Shown: piece after piece, positions 8,441 to 16,810 of the stretch
How the letters are laid out: every line of letters begins with the position of its first letter
How positions within the stretch are numbered: the first letter of the stretch is position 1
NCBI GenBank assembly: GCA_014238535.1
Contig: JABAAW010000006.1
Span: forward strand, 1-55,489
Reading direction: 5' to 3'
Source of the DNA: Alphaproteobacteria bacterium
GTDB lineage: Bacteria; Pseudomonadota; Alphaproteobacteria; JABAAW01
DNA: 55,489 bases
Notes under the pieces: model-generated
What the model was told of the DNA's origin: nothing
Databases searched by the model: none
Seen by the model: only the letters and a program-made list of their open reading frames with translations
Position numbers and translations under genes: made by a program

Positions 8441-9130
8441 ATGATTGAGAAGGCTTTACGCGTTGAATCTGCTTCGGTTAAGGATTTAGCGATGGAGTTG
8501 AGCGATAGTTTGCCTGAGGGTCCCTCGCTATCGTGTGCGCCGCGCAGCACTGAGTTTAGTTCATTAGAATCGTCTATCGGTCGTCAAGTTCGCTTGTTGC
8601 GTAAGGAGCGAGGATTGACGACGACCGAGTTATCGAAGCAAGTTAGCATTTCTGCGAGCATGCTTTCGCGCATTGAGAATGGCAATGGAGCGCCCTCGCT
8701 CGGCAGCTTACATTCTTTAGCTGCGGCATTGAATGTTCCGATTTCGCATTTTTTTTATAATTTTGAGCGCTCGTGGGATGTTTCGCATGTTAAGTCTGGC
8801 AAAGGAATGTTGGTTGAGCGTCGAGGCACGAAGGCGGGACACCTCTACCAGTTGCTTGGACACCAGATAGGTGATGATGTTGTAGTTGAGCCATTTTTGA
8901 TTACGATGACGACTGATTCGGAGCCGTTTCCGATATTCCAACACGCGGGCACGGAGTTTTTGTATATTTTGCGTGGTCAGTTAGTCTACAGACACGGTGA
9001 TAAGCGATTTTTGTTGAAGCGAGGCGATTCGCTTTTTTTCGATGCGAACGCGCCGCACGGGCCGCTAGAGCTGCGAGGTTTGCCACTACGCTTCCTTTCA
9101 GTTATTTCTTATCGTAAAGAATTGGAATGA
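8441..9130 (+). CDS. XRE-family HTH plus cupin transcriptional regulator
   Basis: IGRQVRLLRKERGLT..ELS..SMLSRIENG..PSL HTH; C-terminal cupin FQHAGTEFLYIL.G...GDSLFFDA..PHG. Confidence 0.85.
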   Translation: MIEKALRVESASVKDLAMELSDSLPEGPSLSCAPRSTEFSSLESSIGRQVRLLRKERGLTTTELSKQVSISASMLSRIENGNGAPSLGSLHSLAAALNVPISHFFYNFERSWDVSHVKSGKGMLVERRGTKAGHLYQLLGHQIGDDVVVEPFLITMTTDSEPFPIFQHAGTEFLYILRGQLVYRHGDKRFLLKRGDSLFFDANAPHGPLELRGLPLRFLSVISYRKELE

Positions 9131-9156
9131 GAACAACATACGACTAGATAGCGAAT

Positions 9157-10422
9157 ATGAAGAAAGGATTGAATAGCGAGCAAGGAATAGAAGTCGTCCC
9201 GAAGGGTCAGAGGTTACTGGTCATCACGACGCAGAATATTTTCAGCGAGAACGGCGCCCGCAGCCTTATGCGAGGCAAGGCACGCGCGCTTTCAGAACAG
9301 GGTGTTTCGGTTAAGTTTTTCTGCCTGCGCTTTGGTGGAGTTAGTAGTAAGCAGCGTGCTGCGGCTGGCGTTGAGGTTGCGGGAACAGGCACGAGCGAGG
9401 GCTGGCTTTTGCGCTTGGGAGTTCTTTCTGATATTCGTGCTACGCTACGCACCTACCGTCCTGATTGGGTATTGGTATCGGGAGCGTGGCTATACCTATG
9501 GGGTGACAAGCTTGGTAGGGCTATCTCGTTGAGCGGTGCCTGCATTGCGGTTGACCTACAGGGACCTGTTGATGAGATAGCGGAGTATCAACGAGTGCTT
9601 GGCTCGCGCTTTCTTGCGCGTTTATTGAGCCGCTGGCTAGGATGGGCTGAGCATCGTTTTTTATCGCGTTGGACGCACCTTGTTGAGACGATGTCTGGCA
9701 ACGCTGTTCGCTATTTGAGTAGACATCGCCCGCGCTACGATGGCTCTGTGTGTTTAGTAAAATGTGGCTTTAGCGAAGCCTTTACGGATGCGCGTTATGC
9801 TAGTGAACGAGTTGCTTGGCGCAAGAAGTTAGGCATAGGAGCAGATAAGCGAGCGGTTGTTTTTGCGGGCACTTTGAGCGGTTGGCAGAATAAGGAAGCG
9901 CTGTTTGCGTTTGCGAAGAAGCATAGTAGTAGCGCAGACAAGACGGAGGTGCACTTTTTTGTTCCGCGTGCGCACCACGCGGAGGTAGCGGCGTTGGGTT
10001 TGCATAACACACGCACGGGCTTTTTACCTAGCGCACAGCTACAATCTGCGTTATGCGCGTTTGACTACGGCTTGCTACCGCGCGAGGAGACGATGACGAA
10101 CTATTTTGCGTTTCCGCTCAAGGTAAGCGAGTATGCGAACGCGCGTTTAGGTATTTTGGTAACCTATCGAGAAATGGGTTGGATGGAGGGCTTGCTCGCG
10201 CGAACATGCATCGACATAGATGCCTTTCCGCTTAGCGAAAAGAAGCTAGCGAGCGCTCGCTTGCGCTACGAAGATTTACGCGAATTGGAGTTTTCGCACA
10301 TGGTAGTCGGATTAATAAAGTTATATGGGAAGATAAGAAGAGATTTAGTTTCGAGCAAGATGGAGGTACTGGCTCGAGGTACGCGTGGAGCGTTTCAGCA
10401 TGCTATCGATATTCGCCGATAA
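9157..10422 (+). CDS. GT-B fold glycosyltransferase (GT4-like)
   Basis: VVFAGTLSGWQN and FDYGLLPRE...N.FAFPLKVSEY; overlaps the start of pseB. Confidence 0.65.
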   Translation: MKKGLNSEQGIEVVPKGQRLLVITTQNIFSENGARSLMRGKARALSEQGVSVKFFCLRFGGVSSKQRAAAGVEVAGTGTSEGWLLRLGVLSDIRATLRTYRPDWVLVSGAWLYLWGDKLGRAISLSGACIAVDLQGPVDEIAEYQRVLGSRFLARLLSRWLGWAEHRFLSRWTHLVETMSGNAVRYLSRHRPRYDGSVCLVKCGFSEAFTDARYASERVAWRKKLGIGADKRAVVFAGTLSGWQNKEALFAFAKKHSSSADKTEVHFFVPRAHHAEVAALGLHNTRTGFLPSAQLQSALCAFDYGLLPREETMTNYFAFPLKVSEYANARLGILVTYREMGWMEGLLARTCIDIDAFPLSEKKLASARLRYEDLRELEFSHMVVGLIKLYGKIRRDLVSSKMEVLARGTRGAFQHAIDIRR

Positions 10423-11434
10423 GCAGATATTGATAACTGGCGGTAGCGGCTCTTTTGGGCATGCGTTTTTGCGCTATGTTCTAGCTGGAGGTCAGGCTAA
10501 GCGCGTGGTTATTTTTTCGCGCGATGAGTATAAGCAATTTTTGATGCAGCGTGAGTTTAGCGATAATCGTCTGCGATTTTTTCTAGGAGATGTGCGTGAT
10601 CATGATCGATTGAAGCGTGCGTTTAGGAATATAGACATAGTTATCCATGCGGCGGCTTTGAAGCAGGTTACGGCTGCGGAATATAACCCTGGCGAGTGTA
10701 TTTTGACGAATGTTACTGGTGCGGACAATGTTATCAAGGCAGCGCTTGATTGCGGAGTTGATCGAGTTCTTGCGCTTTCGACGGACAAGGCGGTTAATCC
10801 TATTAACCTTTATGGAGCTGCGAAGTTATGCGCGGACAAGCTTTTTGTTGCGGCGAATAACTTGAGCGGAGCACGAGGCACGCGATTTTCGATAGTTCGT
10901 TATGGCAATGTAGTAGGTTCTCGCGGTAGCGTGGTGCCGTATTTTATCGAGCAGTCTCGTAGCGGTAGCATACCGATTACGGACGAGCGCATGACTCGCT
11001 TTTGGATTTCGCTAGACGATAGCGTAAGTTTTGTTGCGCGTTGCCTATGTGATATGCGCGGAGGCGAGATATATGTCCCGAAGATTCCGTCGATGCGCAT
11101 AGTAGACTTGGCGCGCGCGATAGCACCTGAAGCGAAGTTGCGAATAATTGGCGTTAGGGCTGGGGAGAAGATACACGAGGTGCTGGTGCCGAATGAGGAG
11201 GCACGCGATACGCTTTCCTTTAGCGATTACTATATTATAGGTCCGCGCGTGTTGGAATCGACTAGCGATGGGCGACAGGATTCGTTGTCGCTTGTGACAC
11301 GAGGTAGTGCTAGCGGAGAGTCTGGAGTTCAACCTAGTAAGGTAGATGAGGACTTTGAATATTCGAGTGCGAACAACGAGGAATGGCTTAGCGAGTCTAG
11401 ACTGCGCGAGATAATAGATACGAGCGGGGGTTAG
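10400..11434 (+). CDS. pseB: UDP-N-acetylglucosamine 4,6-dehydratase (inverting)
   Basis: ITGGSGSFG, FSRDEYKQ, HAAALKQV..AEYNP.ECI.TN, LSTDKAVNPINLYGA.K, VRYGNVVGSRGSVVP and TDERMTRFWI. ATG 10400 preferred over 10385. Confidence 0.93.
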   Translation: MLSIFADKQILITGGSGSFGHAFLRYVLAGGQAKRVVIFSRDEYKQFLMQREFSDNRLRFFLGDVRDHDRLKRAFRNIDIVIHAAALKQVTAAEYNPGECILTNVTGADNVIKAALDCGVDRVLALSTDKAVNPINLYGAAKLCADKLFVAANNLSGARGTRFSIVRYGNVVGSRGSVVPYFIEQSRSGSIPITDERMTRFWISLDDSVSFVARCLCDMRGGEIYVPKIPSMRIVDLARAIAPEAKLRIIGVRAGEKIHEVLVPNEEARDTLSFSDYYIIGPRVLESTSDGRQDSLSLVTRGSASGESGVQPSKVDEDFEYSSANNEEWLSESRLREIIDTSGG

Positions 11435-11462
11435 GCAAGCTATAACATTATGCTAAAAAATT

Positions 11463-12785
11463 ATGGAAGACATCCCTGAAGTTATTCCGTATGCGCGCCA
11501 TAGTTTGCACGATGATGATATGCGAGCGGTTATGGAGGTGTTGAGAGAGGATTCTGCGAGCCAACGCTTGACGCAAGGGTTTAGAACCTCGCGACTAGAA
11601 GTTCTTATTAGGGAGTATACGACAGCCGAGCACGCGGTCGCCTGTTCGAGCGGTACGGCGGGTTTGCACGCGAGTCTATTTGCGTTAGGAGTTAGCACGA
11701 ATGATATAGTTATCACTTCTGGCATCAGTTTTTGTTCGACGGCGAATGTTGTGCGTCATTGCGGAGGCGTGCCGCTATTTGCGGACATAGACGAGGATGC
11801 GCTTGGTCTGTGTCCGCGCTCGGTACGCGAGGCTTTAGAATGGGCGAAGGAGAATGGCAAGCGTGTTAAGGCTGTGATAGTGGTTTCTATGGGCGGGGTT
11901 GCGCATGCGAGTGCGGAGTTGCGTGATTTATGCAAGGCGTATGGTTGTAGAATAGTCGAGGATGCGGCGCACACGCTTGGTGGTCGTTATGCAGACGGAA
12001 GAGCGGTTGGTTGTGGCGAGTATGCGGACATCACGGTTTTTTCGCTGCATGCGATTAAACCTATAACGAGTGGCGAGGGGGGGGTTGCTACTACCAACGA
12101 TGAAGAGCTTGCGCGAAGGATGCGTTTGTTTTGCAACCATGGTATCGAGCGCGATGTTAGGAGGTTTAAGGACGATGTTGCCCTGAGTGCTCGTGAAATG
12201 GCAGCGCAGAAGATGACGTACGGCTATCAGCACTATCAGATGCAGGTATTAGGTTTGAACTACCGCATGTCTGAGTTGCACGCGGCGTTGGGATGCTCGC
12301 AGATGCGGCGTATAGATAGCAAGCGAGATAGAAGGAAGGAGCTAGCTGAGCGCTACGATAGGTTGCTTGATGATATACTTATCGATGATGTTAATCCTCT
12401 ATCTAGCATTATAAAGCCGTTGCAGCGGAACTATCGAGAACGTTCGGCGCACCATCTGTATGTGACAACGATAGATTGGCATAGGCTTGCTATAAATCGT
12501 AAGAGATTCATGCAAACGCTTGCGAATACGGGTAAGGATGGCTACGGGATTTGTACGCAAGTCCACTACATTCCGATTTACGAACACCCATATTATCGTG
12601 AAGCGGCAAAGTTTACCGAACGAGCTTTATTTGAAGCCGTTAAGCTTCCTCGTAGTGCTGAATATGCTAAGCGTGCGCTTTCGCTACCGTTATTTACGGA
12701 CATGCCACTATCGGCGGTTGAGCGAGTAGTCGATGCGCTTAAGGAGCTCGTGGATAATTGCCTCAAGAGAGATTTTAAACTTTAA
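11463..12785 (+). CDS. pseC: UDP-4-amino-4,6-dideoxy-N-acetyl-beta-L-altrosamine transaminase (DegT family)
   Basis: IPYARHSL, LTQG, SSGTAGLH, VEDAAH, FSLHAIKPITSGEGG (PLP lysine), LGLNYRMSE and QVHYIP; follows pseB. Confidence 0.88.
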   Translation: MEDIPEVIPYARHSLHDDDMRAVMEVLREDSASQRLTQGFRTSRLEVLIREYTTAEHAVACSSGTAGLHASLFALGVSTNDIVITSGISFCSTANVVRHCGGVPLFADIDEDALGLCPRSVREALEWAKENGKRVKAVIVVSMGGVAHASAELRDLCKAYGCRIVEDAAHTLGGRYADGRAVGCGEYADITVFSLHAIKPITSGEGGVATTNDEELARRMRLFCNHGIERDVRRFKDDVALSAREMAAQKMTYGYQHYQMQVLGLNYRMSELHAALGCSQMRRIDSKRDRRKELAERYDRLLDDILIDDVNPLSSIIKPLQRNYRERSAHHLYVTTIDWHRLAINRKRFMQTLANTGKDGYGICTQVHYIPIYEHPYYREAAKFTERALFEAVKLPRSAEYAKRALSLPLFTDMPLSAVERVVDALKELVDNCLKRDFKL

Positions 12786-12810
12786 GTCAGGCTAGGTACT
12801 TTAGTCAATT

Positions 12811-13000
12811 TGCGTCTATGGCTATCTTAAAAGGGGCATGGGGCATATTGCCACGCACGAATGGGAAAGCTCGGTCTGCGTCTATGATTATTTAAAGGGG
12901 GGCGTGGGGGGATGAATCCCCCCGCAAAAAAAGAAAAATCTTTAGGCAATAAACGAACTATTAGCATGTGTTGCGCGTAGCGTATCTTTTTTTGCATAAG
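12811..13000 (-). repeat. Inverted copy of the hairpin plus module B repeat (left flank of the AT-rich gene)
   Basis: 12891-13000 is a diverged reverse complement of 14092-14194 and 13811-13928. 12811-12857 is a further degenerate duplicate (tgcgtctatg..ttaaa(a)gggg occurs twice). Confidence 0.8.
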
Positions 13001-13062
13001 CGCAAGGTAAATTACTATTAAATGAAAATACAACTATTTTATTTTTATGCTAAAATAGCAAT

Positions 13063-13671
13063 ATGAGTGAAGTAACCTTCGATAGTATTTTTGCAGAGAT
13101 TGAAGAACATGCAAAAGATATTCGCATAAAAGAATTAAAGGAAAATGAAGACAGAAAAATAGCATGGCGGGATAGTGACTTACGCTGGATAAAGGACATT
13201 AGCTCGCCAAAGCAGCTGAGTAAAATCCTTCGGTCATTCCTACTGAAGATGATAGTAAAGGGGAATTTCCAATCCATAGAGGAAAAAACACAATCCAGGA
13301 AACATATTATATTAATCAACGATATAAATTTTCAGATAAAAACGTCTACAATTTGGCAAGGAGAGAAAAAAAGGCACTATAAATTTCAACAAATAAGAAA
13401 AAACAATTACGAAATACTTATTTGCTTTGGCTTGTCACCTTATGAAGCGCATTGTTGGGTTATCAAAAAAGACTGCATTATCGACGATGACAAAGAATGG
13501 ATAGATGATAGAACCATAGGACAACACGGTAAAAATTCGCGATGGCTTATAATAGACCCAGACGCAGTCGCAGATTGGCTACAGCCGCTCGGTGGTGATT
13601 TGCATGAAGCCTTGGCGGTACTGAAAGAAGCTATTCTTACTAGCGATAGTAAGCACGGAATGTTCACATAG
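13063..13671 (+). CDS. AT-rich hypothetical protein, PD-(D/E)XK restriction-endonuclease-like with degenerate catalytic motif
   Basis: Visibly AT-rich. IN..NFQIKTSTIW...YKFQQIR..NY..LICFGLSP..AHCWVI..GQHG resembles a family of putative type II REase-like proteins (recalled, not searched). QIK replaces E-x-K. Confidence 0.5.
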   Translation: MSEVTFDSIFAEIEEHAKDIRIKELKENEDRKIAWRDSDLRWIKDISSPKQLSKILRSFLLKMIVKGNFQSIEEKTQSRKHIILINDINFQIKTSTIWQGEKKRHYKFQQIRKNNYEILICFGLSPYEAHCWVIKKDCIIDDDKEWIDDRTIGQHGKNSRWLIIDPDAVADWLQPLGGDLHEALAVLKEAILTSDSKHGMFT

Positions 13672-13689
13672 CTTACGCATGGAGTTAGC

Positions 13690-14528
13690 GAGGACTCCTC
13701 CCTTGTGCGGAGACTCGTCTCTCGTGCTTTTTCAACGCAAACGAGCCACCAAGCGTCCAAGCCTAAAACTCTTCTTTGTTTTTGCGGGGGGATTCTCCCC
13801 CCACTCCCCCCTATGTGAAAAAGATGCGCTTCGCGCAGTGCCTGCTAAAGATTATTTACCATCGAAAGATGCTTTCTTCTTTTTTGCGAGGGACGAGTCC
13901 CGTGAGACGAGTCTCCGCGCTCCCTTTATGTAGACTAACCAAAGTCTAACAGACTCTCCTTGCTACCTTGTGCTTGTGGCGAGAGGCGTCCGCCAGGCAA
14001 CGCAAACGAGCCACCAAGCACCCAAGCAACCAAGCAACCAAGACTAAAATTCTTCTTTGTTTTTGCGGGGGGATTCTCCCCCCACTCCCCCCTATGTGAA
14101 AAAGATGCGCTTCGCGCAACGCATGCTAAAGATTATCTAACATCGAAAGATTTTTCTTTTTTGCGAGGGACTCGTCCCTCGCACTCCCTTTAAATTAGTT
14201 AATCGTAACTAATAGAGTCTCTGTTTTTTTACGAAGGTTTAGTCCCTCACTCTCCCTTTATGTAGACTACCAAAGTCTAACAGACTCTCCTTACTACCTT
14301 GCTATTACCTCGCGTGCTTGTGGCGAGTGCGTCCGCCAGGCAACGCAAACGAGCAAACAAGCACCAAGCACCAAGCACCAAGCACCAAGCACCAAGCACC
14401 CAAGCCTAATTTTTTTGTTTTTCTTTTTTTTTGCGAGGACGAGTCTCCGCGCTCCCTTTAAATTAGTTAATCGTAACCAATAGAGTCTCTGTTTTTTACG
14501 AAAGATTAGTCTCTCGCGCTCCCTTTAA
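13690..14528. repeat. Modular repeat array: a recurring hairpin/C-rich junction separating re-used modules
   Basis: Module B (ctatgtgaaaaagatgcgcttcgcgca...) at 13811 and 14092. Module C-A (tatgtagacta..aaagtctaac...caacgcaaacgagc) at about 13927 and 14259. Module D (taaattagttaatcgtaac...) at about 14191 and 14459. Confidence 0.9.
14358..14399. repeat. Heptanucleotide microsatellite (CAAGCAC)6
   Basis: Six perfect copies; the equivalent positions at about 13750 and 14014 hold fewer, imperfect copies. Confidence 0.95.
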
Positions 14529-14639
14529 GTTCTTTCACTGCAATTACAAGCGCATTATGTAACAATAGAATTCTACCATGTGCATGACAATTTGCTAGCA
14601 ATATAAACCTAGAACAGCAAGACACAAACATAGGCAACT

Positions 14640-15722
14640 ATGAGCAAACAAGCTAAACTACATATCGATTTTTTTGCAGACCTACAAATAGCAAGCAAAT
14701 CTAACCCAACCGCAATAGGATTAGGTCACGCACGGCGCATTCTAATCCTAGCAGAAAGCCTACAGCAAAACAATAGCCAGACAACCGAACTACGCTGCTT
14801 TTTTGACGAACCAAACCATGCAAGGCGGTTATTTCCACACACACAACTGCCATTTTTACATTGGTACGACACGAGTAGTAAGCACACCCCCCGCGATTTA
14901 CTGGTAGTAGATTCCTACCGCCTCACCGAGTTGCCCGCCCCTATTCGCAATAGCTATCGTCACATCGCTTGTTTTCACGATGACAAGAGCGCACCGTCCT
15001 ATGCGACAATTGCGATTTGCCCGAATGTCTCTGCACCGCCACCTTCGACCGATACACGCGGAGTGCATCACCTTACAGGAGCGATGTATTTTCCTTTTGA
15101 CCTTAGCCTAACCGATGAAGCATTATCACCGCGTGCGCAGGCGAGGGATGCGTTTCGCGTTATGCTCTGGCTTGGAGGAGATGAGGATGGCAGTAATGTT
15201 GCCCCTTTATTGAACGTTTTACTATCGTCGCCAGTCTTGTCGAATTTTGTGTTTGAGGTTATCCTCTCGCCGCTACTTACCTGTGATCGTGATATTTCGA
15301 GCGATTTGCGCTTGCACTTATCGTCTCCGCAAGTGCGCCTGCATCGAGATATTACTGCGATGTCGCGCTTATTTTCGTTTTGTGGCACCTATGTTGGAGG
15401 CGCAGGAGTTTCGAGTTGCGAGGCTGCGTTGCTTGGCTTGCGCTTGGTTCTTTGTGCGCTTGCAGACAACCAACGAGGCAATGCTAATTCTCTTGCACGA
15501 GCGGGTGCGATTTTATTTGACATTTCGCACCCACAGAGCCTATTGCTTGCATTTTTCTCGCTCCTTGAGGAGAGTCAAGATAGGCAACCTCTTAACTCTA
15601 CAGCACTTGCCTCTACGGCACTTGCCTCTACGGAGCGTGCCTCTAAGGCGGTTAGAGAATTGGGTTTTGACCGTCATGGTGCGTCTCGCCTCGCGAGCGC
15701 GCTTTTGCGTATTATCACCTGA
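14640..15722 (+). CDS. pseG: UDP-2,4-diacetamido-2,4,6-trideoxy-beta-L-altropyranose hydrolase-like (PseG/SpsG)
   Basis: IGLGHARR...LA, LLVVDSY, GGAGVSSCEAALLG, LADNQ..NA and D.HGASR; lies within the pse cluster. Confidence 0.75.
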   Translation: MSKQAKLHIDFFADLQIASKSNPTAIGLGHARRILILAESLQQNNSQTTELRCFFDEPNHARRLFPHTQLPFLHWYDTSSKHTPRDLLVVDSYRLTELPAPIRNSYRHIACFHDDKSAPSYATIAICPNVSAPPPSTDTRGVHHLTGAMYFPFDLSLTDEALSPRAQARDAFRVMLWLGGDEDGSNVAPLLNVLLSSPVLSNFVFEVILSPLLTCDRDISSDLRLHLSSPQVRLHRDITAMSRLFSFCGTYVGGAGVSSCEAALLGLRLVLCALADNQRGNANSLARAGAILFDISHPQSLLLAFFSLLEESQDRQPLNSTALASTALASTERASKAVRELGFDRHGASRLASALLRIIT

Positions 15723-16810
15723 TGTCAGATTTTTTTAGCGAGCGTTTATGTTCGAGCAGCGGTCGTCCTATCGTTGTTGCGGAGGTTTCGACGAACCACC
15801 GAGGCTCGTTATCTGAGGCGTGCGCGTTGATCTGCGCTGCTGCGCGAGCTGGAGCGGACGCGGTTAAGTTTCAGAGTTATGCTGCGCTCGACCTCACGCT
15901 TCGTTCTTCTCGTAAGGAGTTTATGCTTGAGCACCCTTTGTGGCGAGGTCGCAGTTTATTTTCGCTTTACAGCGAGGGCAGCCTTCCGTTGAGTTGGCAC
16001 GAGCGTTTATGGAGCGAGGCTTCTCGTTGCGGTATAGCGATATTTGCGTCGGTTTTTTCGCCTGAGCGCCTTGCGTTACTTGAATCGTTAATAGTATCGC
16101 CAGCCTACAAGATTGCTTCAGCCGAGTTAGTTGACTTGGAGTTGATCGGTTCGGTTGCGCGCACGGGTCGGGCGGTTATTATATCGACTGGCATGGGTAG
16201 TCACGAAGAGATAGAGCGAGCTGTTTCGGCGGTGCGAGCGGCGGGTAACGATCGCCTTGTGCTACTGCATTGCTTGAGTGCCTATCCGGCGCATAGCGAT
16301 GCGATGAACCTGCGTGCGCTTACGACTTTGGCGCGCGAGTTTGGCTGTGCGGTAGGCTTATCGGACCACACGCGAGATGCGGATGCGGCGCGACTTGCGG
16401 TTGCGCTTGGGGCGAGCGTGATTGAGAAGCACTTCACGCTTGAGCGGCGCGAGGGCGACTTGGACGCGGCTTTTTCGCTTACCGAGACTGAGTTTTCTGC
16501 TTTCAGTAGGGCGATCAGGGATGCGTGGTGCGCTATGGGTGATGGCGAGTTGGAGGTTGGAGATAGCGAGCGCGCCTCGCTACCTTTCAGACGGAGTTTA
16601 TATGTTGTCAAGGCTATGCGCGAGGGCGATGCTTTCACGGGCGAGAACATCCGCTCTATCCGCCCGAGCGCGGGTCTTGCGCCTTATCACTATCGGCGAG
16701 TTTTACGCGCCTGTGCGGCTTGTGACATTTCAGCGGGCGTGCCGCTAGAGGAGTCGATGCTGGACGAGTCACGAGCGCGAGTAAGTAGCCAGCAGGATTC
16801 AAGCCGATAA
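15722..16810 (+). CDS. pseI: Pseudaminic acid synthase (NeuB family, C-terminal SAF domain)
   Basis: VAEVSTNH.GSL, AVKFQSY, AYKIASAE, IISTGM, LLHC.SAYP, GLSDHT, IEKHFTL, D.AFSL, FRRSLY and SIRP..GL. Confidence 0.9.
   Translation: MSDFFSERLCSSSGRPIVVAEVSTNHRGSLSEACALICAAARAGADAVKFQSYAALDLTLRSSRKEFMLEHPLWRGRSLFSLYSEGSLPLSWHERLWSEASRCGIAIFASVFSPERLALLESLIVSPAYKIASAELVDLELIGSVARTGRAVIISTGMGSHEEIERAVSAVRAAGNDRLVLLHCLSAYPAHSDAMNLRALTTLAREFGCAVGLSDHTRDADAARLAVALGASVIEKHFTLERREGDLDAAFSLTETEFSAFSRAIRDAWCAMGDGELEVGDSERASLPFRRSLYVVKAMREGDAFTGENIRSIRPSAGLAPYHYRRVLRACAACDISAGVPLEESMLDESRARVSSQQDSSR

Noticed and set aside
13680-14300. Integron attC sites (GTCTAAC, ATCTAAC, GTTAGCG present)
   Set aside because: No matched RYYYAAC...GTTRRRY pair enclosing L boxes could be built, and there is no integrase.
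13690-14528. CRISPR array
   Set aside because: Junction repeats vary in sequence and length, spacers are re-used and uneven, and there are no cas genes in the window.
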